In this document: positions 42,571 through 57,526 of the stretch, piece by piece | Layout: every line of letters begins with the position of its first letter | Position numbering within the stretch: position 1 is the first letter of the stretch | Source: Macrostomum lignano | Lineage: Eukaryota | Direction: 5' to 3' | Length of the DNA: 64,000 nucleotides | NCBI GenBank assembly: GCA_002269645.1 | Contig: NIVC01003811.1 | Location: 11,866 to 75,865 of the forward strand | Position numbers and translations under genes: made by a program | Notes under the pieces: generated by a model | The model's database searches: none | The model's input: the letters and a program-made list of their open reading frames with translations, nothing else | Told to the model about the DNA's origin: nothing

Positions 42571-44892
42571 ATTTAATACATTAGTTAAGACTTCAGAATA
42601 AGATAAGAGTTACATTAAAAGACTTAATACTCAAATATCAATATACTCAATAGTTCAAATTCAATGTCACTGTGTGAGTGTGTGGCACAAGTACTGTGTG
42701 TGTGCCAGTGACAGTGATACTAACAAGCAGTGAGGTAGGCAAGCAGTCACTGCGGCAGTGCGGCTGGCACTGGCAGTGGCAGTAAGCAAAAGAAGAAAAG
42801 CTGAAGCATTAAGTGTAAGGCACTTGGCATTGGAAGCAGTAAGGAAGTAAGAACCAAATCAATTGATTGATTCTTTTATTTGAATTTTTAGTTCCTTTAC
42901 ATAGCTTCAATGTAAAGAGCCATGTAGCTCGTACACAGTCAGTATTCAGTAAGACAACAAGACAAGATAACAGAACAGAACACAAGTGAAGTGACAACAC
43001 AACACAACACTCAACTGTCTCAACAGAACAGGCAAACAGACAATGGAAATACAAGTAATTAGCTGATACCTGCCTACCTGCTCACCTACCTACTTAAACG
43101 AATATGATTACGAATACGATACTACAAGTCTACGACTACGACTACCTACGATACAAATATGAACACGATTACAAACTCTAATAGATAGCAAACTTCTTGG
43201 AAAAATGGTAGCCTTCTTGGAATGTAAATAGGAAATGTTATTTACAAAAGCTTAAAAATGACAAATAAACTTTTTAAAGAATCATATTTTTGCTTTTAGG
43301 CTGCAGCCTGCAGCGTGTAAAGTGGAATCAATATTGCAAAAAAGTATTGCAAAACTATGTTTTAATTTTATCTTCCTGGAAAAAAATCCGATCTTCCTGG
43401 AAAGTGGAAACTGGCTGTGGCTGACGCTCACGGTCACAGACGCTCACGCTAAGAGCCTACTACGAATCAATGATATTGCTACTTCACATCATATCATCTA
43501 AATATACTAAATCTATTACTATTACTGATGCGATGCTTAACTGAGTGTTGTGCTGTCCTGATCCTGAGTCATGAGTCCTGACCACTGACCTGACATGACG
43601 GATGACGATGAAATGATTATTGATTAGAGTACACTACACTACACTGTATAATTCTAACGAAAGTGACAGTAATAATTACTCGATACTTATAGCACTAGCC
43701 TAGCAGTGATTTTAAAATTTAAATACTAGAAATACTGAGTTTGTGAACTGTACTGGACTAGTGAAGTCTGTAACTTTGTAGTCTTTCAGTCAGCATTGCA
43801 AATGTAAAGCCACAGCCCACAGCATCAGCTCTGGTCCTAGACAGGCCTTAGATTTTCACTGGTTATGAACTAGATTGAAGGTGTGCCACCTTAGCAGGTC
43901 GAAGTGCATTAATTGCTCAATATTTCGAAATTATTTTTGATTTCTTTGAGTACAGTTTTGCAACACATAAAACCCTAAAAATGTTAAACTATTGTAAACT
44001 ACTTAGATGCTACGTATTTTAGTTACATATGTCCTATGTGACTAATTAATTATAATTTACCATTCATTAATTTTTTAATCACAAAGTTCTATTAAATAGA
44101 CTCAAAAAATCAAACTGAGACACATGAATTAACATCATATACTAAGGTCCAAGAAATAATACTCATAATAAATATCTTGGACATTTGGACTTACGAAAAA
44201 TAATCTTGCAATTAACAACGAAATTAGTTAAAAAAAATTTTCGCCGCTCCGATTCTGTTCACTGTAATTTGAAATGAGATTTTCCTAGAAATTCAGCATT
44301 TCAAATGTACAGTTTAACGCCCACAGGTACGTGAAACCACCGGATGCGACTTTGCAGTGAAATGCTTTGCCATTTGATACAAGTTACCCAACATTAGGTA
44401 GCCTGATCATTTAGCTAAATCCATAATTAGGCACAGCAGCTTTCAAAACTCCGAAAAAACGAATTAATCAATAAATATGTAAACTATTATATGAGAAAAA
44501 TACTGCCGTGTCTAAAACAAAAAGCGTCGAGCATTTAACTAACCTCACACAGTGCAATGAGAATTAAAAACAAAGATATTTTTATGGAAACTTTACACCA
44601 TTTTTTACACTGTAAATTTTTTTACACTGTGAAAGGTTAATCAATGCTACTCACACTTTTAGGGACTTTCACTGCACATTTTGTGGGCGGTGCTGCGCGC
44701 AATAATAGTTTCGCAAATTTGTATCAAAACCGCCAAACGGCAAACATGCGCGCAGTACCCACTCAATAGAGTGTTCGTTTTTGGAAAGAATATTTAAATT
44801 GTAACTCGAGCAGACATTAGCTTTTTAAGTGCTTTGCTTATGAGAATTCAGCAGCCACTGCAACGCAAATTACGCAATTTATCGTAAATAAT

Positions 44893-47800
44893 TGGATGGT
44901 TGTTGACTGGACGTATGGTTGTGACTGGATTGTTGCTGACTGGATGGTTGCTGACTGGATGGACGGTTGCTGACTGGATGGTTGCTGACTGGACGTATGG
45001 TTGTGACTGGATTGTTGCTGACTGGAATGGTTGCTGACTGGACGGATGGTTGCTGACTGGATGGTTGCTGACTGGACGTATGGTTGTGACTGGATTGTTG
45101 CTGACTGGATGGTTGCTAACTGGATGGACGGTTGCTCACTGGATGGCTGCTGACTCGATGGCTGCTGACTAGATGGCTGCTGACTGGATGGTTGCTGACT
45201 GGATGTATGGTTGTGACTGGATTGTTGCTGACTGGATTGTTGCTGACTGGATGGACTGTTGTTGACTGGATGGTTGCTGACTGGATGGATGTTTGCTGAC
45301 TGGATGGTTGCTGACTGGATGGTTGCTGACTGGATGGTCGCTGACTGGATGGTTGTTGACTGGATGGGTGCTGACTGGATGGATGGTTGCTGACTGGATG
45401 GATGTTTGCTGACTGGATGGCTGCTGACAGGATGGCTGCTGACTGGATGGTTGCTGACTGGACGGTTGCTGACTCGATGGATGGTTGCTGACTAGATGGT
45501 TGCTGCCTGGATGGTTTCCGACTGGATGGATGTTTGCTGACTGGATGGTTGCTGACTGGACGGATGGTTGTGACTGGATTGTTGCTGACTGGATGGACGG
45601 TTGCTGACTGGATGGTTGCTGACTGGATGGTTGCTGACTGGATTGTTCCTGACTGGATTGTTGCTGACTGGACGGACGGTTGCTGACTGGATGGTTGCTG
45701 ACTGGATGTATGGTTGTGACTGGATTGTTGCTGACTGGATTGTTGCTGACTGGATGGACGGTTGCTGACTGGATGGTTGCTGACTGGATGTATGGTTGTG
45801 ACTGGATTGTTGCTGACTGGATGGATGGTTGCTGACTGGATGGACTGTTGTTGACTGGATGGTTGCTGACTGGATGGATGTTTGCTGACTGGATGGTTGC
45901 TGACTGGATGGTTGCTGACTGGATGGTTGCTGACTGGATGGTCGCTGACTGGATGGTTGTTGACTGGATGGTTGCTGACTGGATGGACGGTTGTTGACTG
46001 GATGGTTGCTGACTGGATGGATGATTGCTGACTGGATGGTTGCTGACTGGACGGTTGCTGACTGGATGGATGGTTGCTGACTGGATGGTTGCTGACTGGA
46101 TGGACGGTTGCTGACTGGATTGTTGCTGACTGGATTGTTGCTGACTGGATGGACGGTTGCTGACTGGATGGTTGCTGACTGGATGTATGGTTGTGACTGG
46201 ATTGTTGCTGACTGGATTGTTGCTGACTGGATTGTTGCTGACTGGATGATTGGTTGCTGACTTGATGGACTGTTGTTGACTGGATGGTTGCTGACTGGAT
46301 GGATGTTTGCTGACTGGATGGTTGCTGACTGGATGGTTGCTGACTGGATGGTTGCTAACTGGATGGACGGTTGCTCACTGGATGGCTGCTGACTCGATGG
46401 CTGCTGACTAGATGGCTGCTGACTGGATGGTTGCTGACTGGATGTATGGTTGTGACTGGATTGTTGCTGACTGGATTGTTGCTGACTGGATGGACTGTTG
46501 TTGACTGGATGGTTGCTGACTGGATGGATGTTTGCTGACTGGATGGTTGCTGACTGGATGGTTGCTGACTGGATGGTCGCTGACTGGATGGTTGTTGACT
46601 GGATGGGTGCTGACTGGATGGATGGTTGCTGACTGGATGGATGTTTGCTGACTGGATGGCTGCTGACAGGATGGCTGCTGACTGGATGGTTGCTGACTGG
46701 ACGGTTGCTGACTCGATGGATGGTTGCTGACTAGATGGTTGCTGCCTGGATGGTTTCCGACTGGATGGATGTTTGCTGACTGGATGGTTGCTGACTGGAC
46801 GGATGGTTGTGACTGGATTGTTGCTGACTGGATGGACGGTTGCTGACTGGATGGTTGCTGACTGGATGGTTGCTGACTGGATTGTTCCTGACTGGATTGT
46901 TGCTGACTGGATGGACGGTTGCTGACTGGATGGTTGCTGACTGGATGTATGGTTGTGACTGGATTGTTGCTGACTGGATTGTTGCTGACTGGATGGACGG
47001 TTGCTGACTGGATGGTTGCTGACTGGATGTATGGTTGTGACTGGATTGTTGCTGACTGGATGGATGGTTGCTGACTGGATGGACTGTTGTTGACTGGATG
47101 GTTGCTGACTGGATGGATGTTTGCTGACTGGATGGTTGCTGACTGGATGGTTGCTGACTGGATGGTTGCTGACTGGATGGTCGCTGACTGGATGGTTGTT
47201 GACTGGATGGTTGCTGACTGGATGGACGGTTGTTGACTGGATGGTTGCTGACTGGATGGATGATTGCTGACTGGATGGTTGCTGACTGGACGGTTGCTGA
47301 CTGGATGGATGGTTGCTGACTGGATAGTTGCTGACTGGATGGACGGTTGCTGACTGGATTGTTGCTGACTGGATTGTTGCTGACTGGATGGACGGTTGCT
47401 GACTGGATGGTTGCTGACTGGATGTATGGTTGTGACTGGATTGTTGCTGACTGGATTGTTGCTGACTGGATTGTTGCTGACTGGATGATTGGTTGCTGAC
47501 TTGATGGACTGTTGTTGACTGGATGGTTGCTGACTGGATGGATGTTTGCTGACTGGATGGTTGCTGACTGGATGGATGTTTGCTGACTGGATGGTTGCTG
47601 ACTGGATGGTTGCTGACTGGATGGTCGCTGACTGGATGGTTGTTGACTGGATGGGTGCTGACTGGATGGATGGTTGCTGACTGGATGAATGTTTGCTGAC
47701 TGGATGGCTGCTGACAGGATGGCTGCTGACTGGATGGTTGCTGACTGGACGGTTGCTGACTCGATGGATGGTTGCTGACTAGATGGTTGCTGCCTGGATG

Positions 47801-50148
47801 GTTTCCGACTGGATGGATGTTTGCTGACTGGATGGTTGCTGACTGGACGGATGGTTGTGACTGGATTGTTGCTGACTGGATGGACGGTTGCTGACTGGAT
47901 GGTTGCTGACTGGATGGTTGCTGACTGGATTGTTCCTGACTGGATTGTTGCTGACTGGATGGACGGTTGCTGACTGGATGGTTGCTGACTGGATGTATGG
48001 TTGTGACTGGATTGTTGCTGACTGGATTGTTGCTGACTGGATGGACGGTTGCTGACTGGATGGTTGCTGACTGGATGTATGGTTGTGACTGGATTGTTGC
48101 TGACTGGATGGATGGTTGCTGACTGGATGGACTGTTGTTGACTGGATGGTTGCTGACTGGATGGATGTTTGCTGACTGGATGGTTGCTGACTGGATGGTT
48201 GCTGACTGGATGGTTGCTGACTGGATGGTTGCTGACTGGATGGTTGTTGACTGGATGGTTGCTGACTGGATGGACGGTTGTTGACTGGATGGTTGCTGAC
48301 TGGATGGATGATTGCTGACTGGATGGTTGCTGACTGGACGGTTGCTGACTGGATGGATGGTTGCTGACTGGATAGTTGCTGACTGGATGGACGGTTGCTG
48401 ACTGGATTGTTGCTGACTGGATTGTTGCTGACTGGATGGACGGTTGCTGACTGGATGGTTGCTGACTGGATGTATGGTTGTGACTGGATTGTTGCTGACT
48501 GGATTGTTGCTGACTGGATTGTTGCTGACTGGATGATTGGTTGCTGACTTGATGGACTGTTGTTGACTGGATGGTTGCTGACTGGATGGATGTTTGCTGA
48601 CTGGATGGTTGCTGACTGGATGGTTGCTGACTGGATGGTCGCTGACTGGATGGTTGTTGACTGGATGGGTGCTGACTGGATGGACGGTTGCTGACTGGAT
48701 GGCTGCTGACTGGATGGCTGCTGACAGGATGGCTGCTGACTGGATGGTTGCTGACTGGACGGATGGTTGCTGACTGGATGGTTGCTGACTGGATGTATGG
48801 TTGTGACTGGATTGTTGCTGACTGGATGGATGGTTGCTGACTGGATGGACTGTTGTTGACTGGATGGTTGCTGACTGGATGGATGTTTGCTGACTGGATG
48901 GACTGTTGTTGACTGGATGGTTGCTGACTGGATGGTTGCTGACTGGATGGTCGCTGACTGGATGGTTGTTGACTGGATGGGTGCTGACTGGATGGACGGT
49001 TGCTGACTGGATGGCTGCTGACTGGATGGCTGCTGACAGGATGGCTGCTGACTGGATGGTTGCTGACTGGACGGATGGTTGCTGACTGGATGGTTGCTGA
49101 CTGGATGGTTGCTGACTGGATTGTTGCTGACTGGATGGATGGTTGCTGGACGAATGGTTGCTGACTGGATGGTTGCTGACTGGATGGTTGCTGACTGGAT
49201 GGTTGCTGAATGGATGGATGGTTGCTGACTGGATGGTTGCTGACTGGATGGTTGCTGACTGGACGTATGGTTGTGACTGGATGGTTGCCGACTGGATGGT
49301 CGCTGACTGGACGGATGATTGCTGACTGGACGGATGGTTGCTGACTGGACGGATGGTTGCTGACTGGATGACTGCTGACTGGATGGTTGTGACTGGATGG
49401 TTGCTGACTGGATGATTGCTGACTGGATTGTTGCTGACTGGATGGACGGTTGCTGACTGGATGGCTGCTGACTGGACGGATGCTGACTGGATGGTTGCTG
49501 ACTGGATGGTTGCTGACTGGATGGATGCTGACTGGACGAATGGTTGCTGACTGGATGGATGTTTGCTGACTGGATGGTTGCTGACTGGATTGTTGCTGAC
49601 TGGATGGATGGTTGCTGGACGAATGGTTGCTGACTGGATGGTTGCTGACTGGATGGTTGCTGACTGGATGGTTGCTGAATGGATGGATGGTTGCTGACTG
49701 GATGGTTGCTGACTGGATGGTTGCTGACTGGACGTATGGTTGTGACTGGATGGTTGCCGACTGGATGGTCGCTGACTGGACGGATGATTGCTGACTGGAC
49801 GGATGGTTGCTGACTGGACGGATGGTTGCTGACTGGATGACTGCTGACTGGATGGTTGTGACTGGATGGTTGCTGACTGGATGATTGCTGACTGGATTGT
49901 TGCTGACTGGATGGACGGTTGCTGACTGGATGGCTGCTGACTGGACGGATGCTGACTGGATGGTTGCTGACTGGATGGTTGCTGACTGGATGGATGCTGA
50001 CTGGACGAATGGTTGCTGACTGGATGGATGTTTGCTGACTGGATGGTTGCTGACTGGATGGTTGCTGACTGGATTGTTGCTGACTGACGGCTGCTGACTG
50101 GACGGATGCTGACTGGATGGATAGTTGCTGACTAAATAGTTGCCGACT
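44893..50148. repeat. 5.2-kb satellite, 15-bp unit (GGATGGTTGCTGACT)n, with higher-order repeats
   Basis: Variant markers recur at offsets of 1239 bp (GTTTCCG 45514/46753; CTTGAT 46261/47500) and 1048 bp (47801; 48548); a 469-bp duplication lies at 49143/49612. Confidence 0.97.
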
Positions 50149-50161
50149 TTAGAATAGCAAG

Positions 50162-53100
50162 TTAGCGGCTATCAGAATTCGCGGATGAGCACATTCTCAG
50201 CAAACGCTTTTGCTCATGCAACTGCGTCTGCACTTTTTGTGCAGAAAAAAGGCTCACGAAATTGTTGTAATCGCAACTTGATACTCGCAAATCTGCAAAT
50301 GCACGAACTCTACTCACCGCAGTATAAAATAATCCAGCTGGAATAGCTTTCCTGGCGCCTCCTTTGCTAAACGCCACGTACGCTTTTGGAATTGTAAGTC
50401 CTTGGCTCTTGTGAATCGTACTAGCCCAAGCCAATCGTAGTGGAAATTGTTGACGCGACAATTGGGCTCCTCCTTTAAACTTTTCATTCGTTACTGACAG
50501 AATTGGCACTACACGAATTGCACGATTATCTTGTACAATTGCCCCCATTGCTGGGCCAGAATAATTGTCAAATTCAACCCAAATACAATCTGGCCAATCC
50601 TTTGGTGATTGCCTTCCAGGAGCGTAGCAAATTCCTCGTACAGTTCCAACTGATCCATTCACAAGTCCATTGCGTACTGACAGATTTCTAGTTAGCATTA
50701 CTCGAGCACCAATACACAAATAGAGTCGCTTCTCCAGATTCGTATCCGATTTTTTATGTTCCTTCTTTTTGCCACACAATTTTGCTTCGTCTCCTTTACA
50801 AATTGCGTTAATTTGCCGCACAGGATTCAATTCGGAAACCATCTTTCCCAATAGCATGTAGTTGCGATTTCTCACATCCTCGTTAGTGTGATATAAAAAT
50901 GTACACCCGCTTTGGAAACCTTCAGGCAAAAGGTCGGGAGCATAGACGCGACAATTGTTCATCAACGAATTCCAGCAGGCTTCGTCGGCCTTGCCTTCGC
51001 GAAGTTTATCCAACAACTGGGCGAATTCCGTATCGTTTGCTTGTCGGACTTGTTCTGTCAGATGCACAACCTTTTTGAACTCCATGTACAATTTATAGCC
51101 TTCAGATTTCAATATATCGTGCTTCTTTTGATTTGGATTGTAAACGTACAGTTGCGTGTCCAAAACTGGAGGCAATTGAAACACGTCGCCAATTAGGATT
51201 ACAGATCGACCACCAAAACTCTGTTTACTGTGTTCTGGAAACAATTCGCGCAAACGAGCATCCACCTTACGGAGTAACCTTTGGCCAAGCATGCTAAATT
51301 CGTCAATAAAAATGTAGCGCACATCTTTCCACTGCTCTTGCATCTCCATTAGGGATTTCTTGCCAACACCAGCACTAAAATTTACATTCAATTTCAAAGC
51401 CGAGTGCAAAGTTTCGCCTGCAATATTGAAAGCGGCTACGCCTGTTGATGCCATAATTCTGCATCTTGATTCTCCAATCAACCGACGCAATGTAGAAATC
51501 AAGTAGCTTTTTCCAGTTCCAGCGCTACCATACAAAATTGCTTTGAGAGGCTCCGGCTTTTCGCCTTGGTTTTCTTCGGCTAGTCTTGAAAGCTGCAAAT
51601 GACTTTCAATTAGGTTGTACATTTCTCGCTGCCGAACATTAAGCGATTCAACACTGTTTATCGGCATGTCAGCGACCTCTCTTGCGCCAAGTTTTAGGTC
51701 GCTACTTAAAAACGCCTTTGCTTCTCCAACCGTTGGAAACTGGCCGCCACTAGCTGCGCTCCAGTCAAAATTTTCTGGCGGCTTTGGCAATTGATCTTCT
51801 GGACAGGCCAATAGATTTCTCTCGCGATGAAGTGCCCCCACTGCAACCATCCAATCTTCTTGCTCTTCGTGCTCATAAGTTGGCTGAGCAGCAGATTGCG
51901 CATTTGCGTTGGTCATTTCGGGTAGCTCCGCAACTGCTTCGACTTCTTCGTCAGCTTCGTCGTTGCGCAAATCGTCCAAATTGGGCAGCTGCAGCTCGCA
52001 TCGATTCTCAGCAGGCATGGCTTCGTACGCTTGCTGCCAGCTTGTGTGCAAACCTTTGGCTTCTCGCTCATTTCGCCAACAACTGTACAACAAAACCTGC
52101 TGCCGATAATAGCCTTCGCGTCTTTCGTCTGATTGCTCATTCGGTCGAAAAAATGGACTGATTAGCAAAACTACTTGTTTCGGCCTTTTTGTGCACCTCC
52201 CATTAGGGCTGAGACAGTAGTCGGAAAAGAAACGAAACATTGTTACATTTTCCAAATTCTTTGCACGCTTTGAATACTTGTCGCAACTATTCCTGCAAAC
52301 ACCCTTTTCCTCCACTGCGCGGGTTTCGCCAGTCTGAACAAAAACAAATTCTCGCGAACCCTTGTACATTGACGTCTGCAATAGCAAATGCATTGCCTCT
52401 TGCGCCGAATAATCACGCGCTCCAACTTGCGCCATCAAGTGTTGTTGTACAACACGCCTTGCAGTGTTGCTACGCTGAAAATTGTTATCGGCATTCTGTT
52501 CTGCATTATCTTCCAACTCCTTATGAAGACGCTTTGTCAGCTCCGCCATATAATCCGACTCCTTTTCGCTTTTTGTCGCATACTTGATCAAATAGCGAAT
52601 CAAATTCTTCACGGACGAAATCATTTGAACATCGACATTGGCTCTCCACATGCACAGCAACTGCGGACTGTGAGAAATCATTCGCTCGTCGTTGCGCTGC
52701 GTCTCAACTTGCCAATTTAAACGGGATACTCGCTTTGCAACAGTCTTTTCCTGCGGCTCGCGCGGATACTTGAATCGGCACTCTTGTTTGCCTTTTACTG
52801 TTCGCAAGCACTTTTTACTGCAAATAGTGTGCCTCTCTGTCAAATGCGAAATTAACTGCAAATCTTGCTTGTCATTTTCAATCTCTTCCGGTTTCAGTTG
52901 AGCTGGATGACCTTGACCTGCTAAACTGCCATTCAAAACTTGATTTCCATAATCCGATTCGTCCATGGCCAAATTCCAACTACAGATGTACTTGTCAACA
53001 AAGCTCGTCAATTCTTCTGCATTCAATGTATTCGATGTCACATCAACACCATCTGGCATCCAAATGCAACCGTGAACGTGTGGACTTCCGCGACTCTGAT

Positions 53101-56100
53101 ATTCTATGCGAAACCAATAATCGTTTACTTTCCAGTGCTCGACCAAAAAACGTTTCAAACATGTTTCAAATCGCAACCAAAACACAGTGTCTGCCATTCC
53201 GGGATCTTTTTGCAACTTTGACAACATTTCTGCTCTTAGTTCTACATTGCTTTCATATTGCTCTGCATCGATTCCCCAGGCATGCTGCAACTCTGGCCAA
53301 TGTACATCTGCTGCCGATAGTGTCACGAAAAAATGAGGAACACCAAGCGTTCGAATCATGGCTTCCAATTGCCGTCCTTTACTCTGCCAATAAGCGCTTG
53401 TGCCTCGCAAATCTGATGCTCGAACTGACACGCTAGCCAATACTGCCGGGTCATTTAGTGCTTCAATCATTTCCTTGGCACTTAATCCAGCATACTTGTT
53501 GTCGTGTACAAACACGCGACCAACTTCCAGCGCCCTCCAACGCATCACCATATTTTCAATGTAAAATTTAAACCGCAAATCGGTACGAAATCTTGGACAC
53601 CGGAATTGCATCAAATGCTTTGCATAGTCGCCCAAACTTAGTCCAAAATTACGTGGCGTACTATAATCTCCTGCTCCATCCGGAAAGAGATGAGGATAAG
53701 CCAATGTAAAATATCCTTCATCCTGAAATTCGTTTACCGGCTCGTTGCTTCTTGCTGGCCATTTCAATTTTTCACTCAAAAATTTGTCTCGTACTGCCGA
53801 TTCCAATCGACGCAAAGGAGTCTCCAACAGCGAACTAATTGTTTCCTCGAGCTCGTTCGTCTCGTCCGCATTTTTTTCTACTTGTTGCTGCAATCGCTCA
53901 GCTCTGGCTGAGCCGCCTTCTTGCTGTGCCGCCTCGAAATTCACTTCATTGTCAGACTGCATTTCGACAATCATACCTTCTACTTGATGAGCATAACCAT
54001 CTTCAGGCAGATGTAGCAACGCATCATTATTCATTGAAACCTGATACTGTCTAAAGTACTTGTTGTTTGCCATTAAATAGCGCATCGCATTAGTCACTTT
54101 GTCGCGTCGAACTCGCAAATTGTTCATTGTGCCGCTTTGCGCTTCTCCAGGCTGAACACGGGCTCTTTCGTCGTACATTAAAACAACTGGCAGAGATCGT
54201 CTTGGCAGCTCTCGCAAAACGTGCGACTGATCTTGAGGCAACATGATTCCGTGTCCTCTCGATTTTGTTTGCTTTTGGGGAAAAATTTGTACCACAACAA
54301 TAACCGACAAAACTGGCGAAATCAACATTTGCTCTGCTACACTCAAATCTTGCAAATCTTCTGGCTGCTCCAACATCGGAATCGCATTGTTTTCTTGGCT
54401 AAACGATTTCGGCTCATTGTCATCTCTGAAACAACGATCGCACATGTCTTCAGAATCGATGCTAAAATATTTTCCAGGAAACTTTTCCCTACACACGTAG
54501 CACTGTTTCAAATGTGATACTTTTGTTATGTTTTCATTGAAAAAGTCTTGCCTCATCTTTTTGAACTGGTCTGTGAACGGATTGCGAAGGCACTTTGGCA
54601 GATTAGGATCTCCGATTTCATCTTCAACAATTGGAGCATCTTGAGCGCTCTCTTCTGAAGTGCTGCTCTGCGGAACATTTTCTTTAGCTGGCTGCTGCTC
54701 CATTGTAGGCCGCTTTCTGGGTGACGAACGGATCGCTTCATCAGGCTTCTCCTGAGTAGCACGTGTCTTTCGTGGTGATGAATACGTAGAAGTAGCTGGA
54801 ATATTATCAGACTGACGTTTATCTTGCTGCTCCTGCTGCAAAGGTGCCGTCTTCCTAGGCGACGATCGAACGGGTTCGCAGATATGATTTTCTGCGTTTG
54901 TCAATCTCTGTTTCCGTGGTAAAGAATTTGCATAGTTGACCACTTGCTGCTGGTTTTTCAAACGCTCGCTGCGACGAGTAGGAGCACTTGGTACAACGTC
55001 GCTCTTCTTTTCTCGACCTCTTCCTTTTTCCAAATGGCAAGAAACGCTTGAAACCGCCGAAACTGAGTCGCCACAACCGATGCAACTGCAACATGGTGCT
55101 CTCCGAGTGCGACTGCTTCTTCTCAATAAGCTCTGACCAGATACACTAGAGGCTGCAACAGACACAGACTCTAATGTGTTTGCTTTAGCGCTCAGTCGAC
55201 TACTCCGACGCGTAGCGCAACTTGCCTTCCCAACATCCTTTTTACGCCGACTGCGCCGCGGAACATTTGATGGCACGGACTCTGACACACGATCACTTTT
55301 AACTGACTCTGACACATGCTCAATTTCAACTGACTCTGCGCTATCCTCCGCGTCAAGATCGACATTCCAATTCCAGACAGAGTTGTTCCGATCCCGAAGC
55401 ACTTCATATGAATTCGGATGCGCAAACAAACTCGTATTATTTTCCAAGGACTTTGCTTGATTTCTACAACGTCCCTTCCAATGCCTACTTTGAACTCGGG
55501 TCCAGTCTGCAACCTTTTCAAAAGGCGTCATTGGTGGAGCTGGAGGTGGCATCATTACAACAGGATCTTCGACAACATGAACATTCTCGTTGAGAGGGGG
55601 CATTTCCACATTCTTGGCGCTCAAATCTCCTTGGCCAGTCGGCCGAACTGAGCTTGCTTCATTAACTTCCAAATCATTGACACGAACGATTTCGTAGTGT
55701 TGACTACCAGGATTAAACAACAATCGAATAGTAGCCAAACGTTCTCCAATATTCGGTCGGGAATAATGGCCAGGCCGCGCTAGATTAAGCATGTTTGACT
55801 GATAAATAAACACTTCTAGCCGCAACAGTTCACCAATTAGTTCTGGAACTCCGCATGGCACGTACATACGGGGACGCCTTGTATCGTCGCGCACTTTTTC
55901 CCAATTCAGTCCTGTTTGCATAATTCTTTCCTGATTATTGACATCGCGATGCACCCATTGCTCGAATTCTGCAGCAACCGCATCTCGAAAATCTTCTACG
56001 CTTAGCGATTGATAGGCGGAAAAACCTGGCAGTTCTTGTAATTGTCTCAATATGGCCGTGAAAAAACAGTTGCCGTCACCTCGTACATTCTCAACGCGAC

Positions 56101-56190
56101 ACGAAGAAAAAGGAACCCATACAGGTTGGACTTGTACAGCAGCAGTTACATGACCTTCGGCAAAATCCATTGCAGTAGCACCTGTTTCAT
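50162..56190 (-). CDS. RepHel main exon: OTU-like protease, Zn finger, HUH Rep, PIF1-family helicase
   Basis: GDGNCFF...HYE (OTU); CYVC...CDRC; AYPHLFPDG; FVTLSAADVHW and EYQSRGSPHVHG (HUH Rep); YGSAGTGKS, IDEFSM, GDVFQLPPV, TIHKSQGLT and YTAVSR (PIF1). Acceptor TTTTACAG| at 56191. Confidence 0.96.
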
Positions 56191-56375
56191 CTGTAAAAGA
56201 ATACAACTCTTAAACAGTGAGGTATGATAATTTTAAGGAATTGAGCATTAATTGTATTTTGCACAAGTCGTAAACACTAAAATCTAATTTTCAATATTCG
56301 CAAGCAAAGTCAGATGTAAGAAAGAAAATTAACTTGTACTATGCATAGAAATTCAATAAAAAATAAAACTCTCAC

Positions 56376-56747
56376 CAGCACTCAAGTAGCCTATAAGTTG
56401 CTCATTGTAAGCAGCACCAGAATTGGGCACTTCAGCATCACCTTCGACCACGGGGTATTCCGAAGCAGCCAGAGCGTCGGCCAGAGCAGCATCATGTTCA
56501 GCTAGCAGGGCAGCCAGACCAGCCTCGTCCAGCTTAATCACAGACTCAGTTTTAGCAGCAGCATCAGCAGAAGCACCAGCTTTAGTCCCAGCAGCGGCAA
56601 TAGAAGAGGCAGCAGCAGCTTCCGGTTGTACATCTGGCTCTTGAATCTGTTCTTCGCCAGCAGTTAAATCACCGACAGCAGCAACTTTAATATTATTCTT
56701 GGAGCGGCTCCAGTTTTTCTTCTTCGGCCGTCCGCACTTTTTCGCAC
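56376..56747 (-). CDS. RepHel exon 2 (AT-hook/NLS-like KKCGRPKKK, Ala-rich)
   Basis: AG|GT...G|GTGAGA boundaries; 372 nt, phase 1 at both ends, in frame with the main exon. Confidence 0.75.
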
Positions 56748-57526
56748 CTGTTTAAAGTCACAGTAAAAAAGAAATTTATAAATCTACCTATATATATATA
56801 TATATATATATGTCTGTCCATCTATTTCGCTCTAGAGCGTGCCATTCTTGATCAATTTTGATAGCGTTTTTTCTAAACTATTGCAGATTTTGCACTGATT
56901 ATACAGTGGTCAAAATTTCTTAAATCTGCTCAAATTCTAAGGGTGTTAAACATTCGAAAATAGAGTTTCTATAATTATTTTAATGATCTGTCAAACAAGG
57001 TCAGATTCCAATTGAATTTATTCCCTTTGTCGAAACTATTCAGTCGAAACTACTCAGTCGAAACTATTGAGTTCACACTATTCAGTCAAAACTACTCAGT
57101 CAAGATTATTAAGTCTAAACTATTCAGTTGTAACTATTCAGTTGAAATTATTCTGTCTGTCAAAACTATTCAGGCGAAACTATTCAATCTAAACTATTGA
57201 GTGTGAACTATTGATTTGAGCTGCGTCAGTTAAGAGTTTGAAAAATTCACATTTTTAGACATCTGAAAAACACTTTTTTACAGAATTACCTGTGAACTAT
57301 TCAGTGTGAGTTATAGTGTGAACAATTGAGATTTATTGTTTGGTAAATAAATTGTGTAGTGCAGGAACTTTTTAGTTTGTCTGTTGCCCAAATGGGCAGC
57401 CAAGAATGCTAGTAAAAGCTGGTTTCCTAAGGTGTGAATATTAATAATAAAGGTAGGATTGCTTTGAAACTATTCCTGAAAGTAGCACCTATCACCTGCA
57501 AGTTGCAACAAATGTACAAAACTTAC

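Noticed and set aside
49143-49794. Two identical 60-aa WLLTG/MVADW ORFs
   Set aside because: Translations of the 15-bp satellite within the 469-bp duplication.
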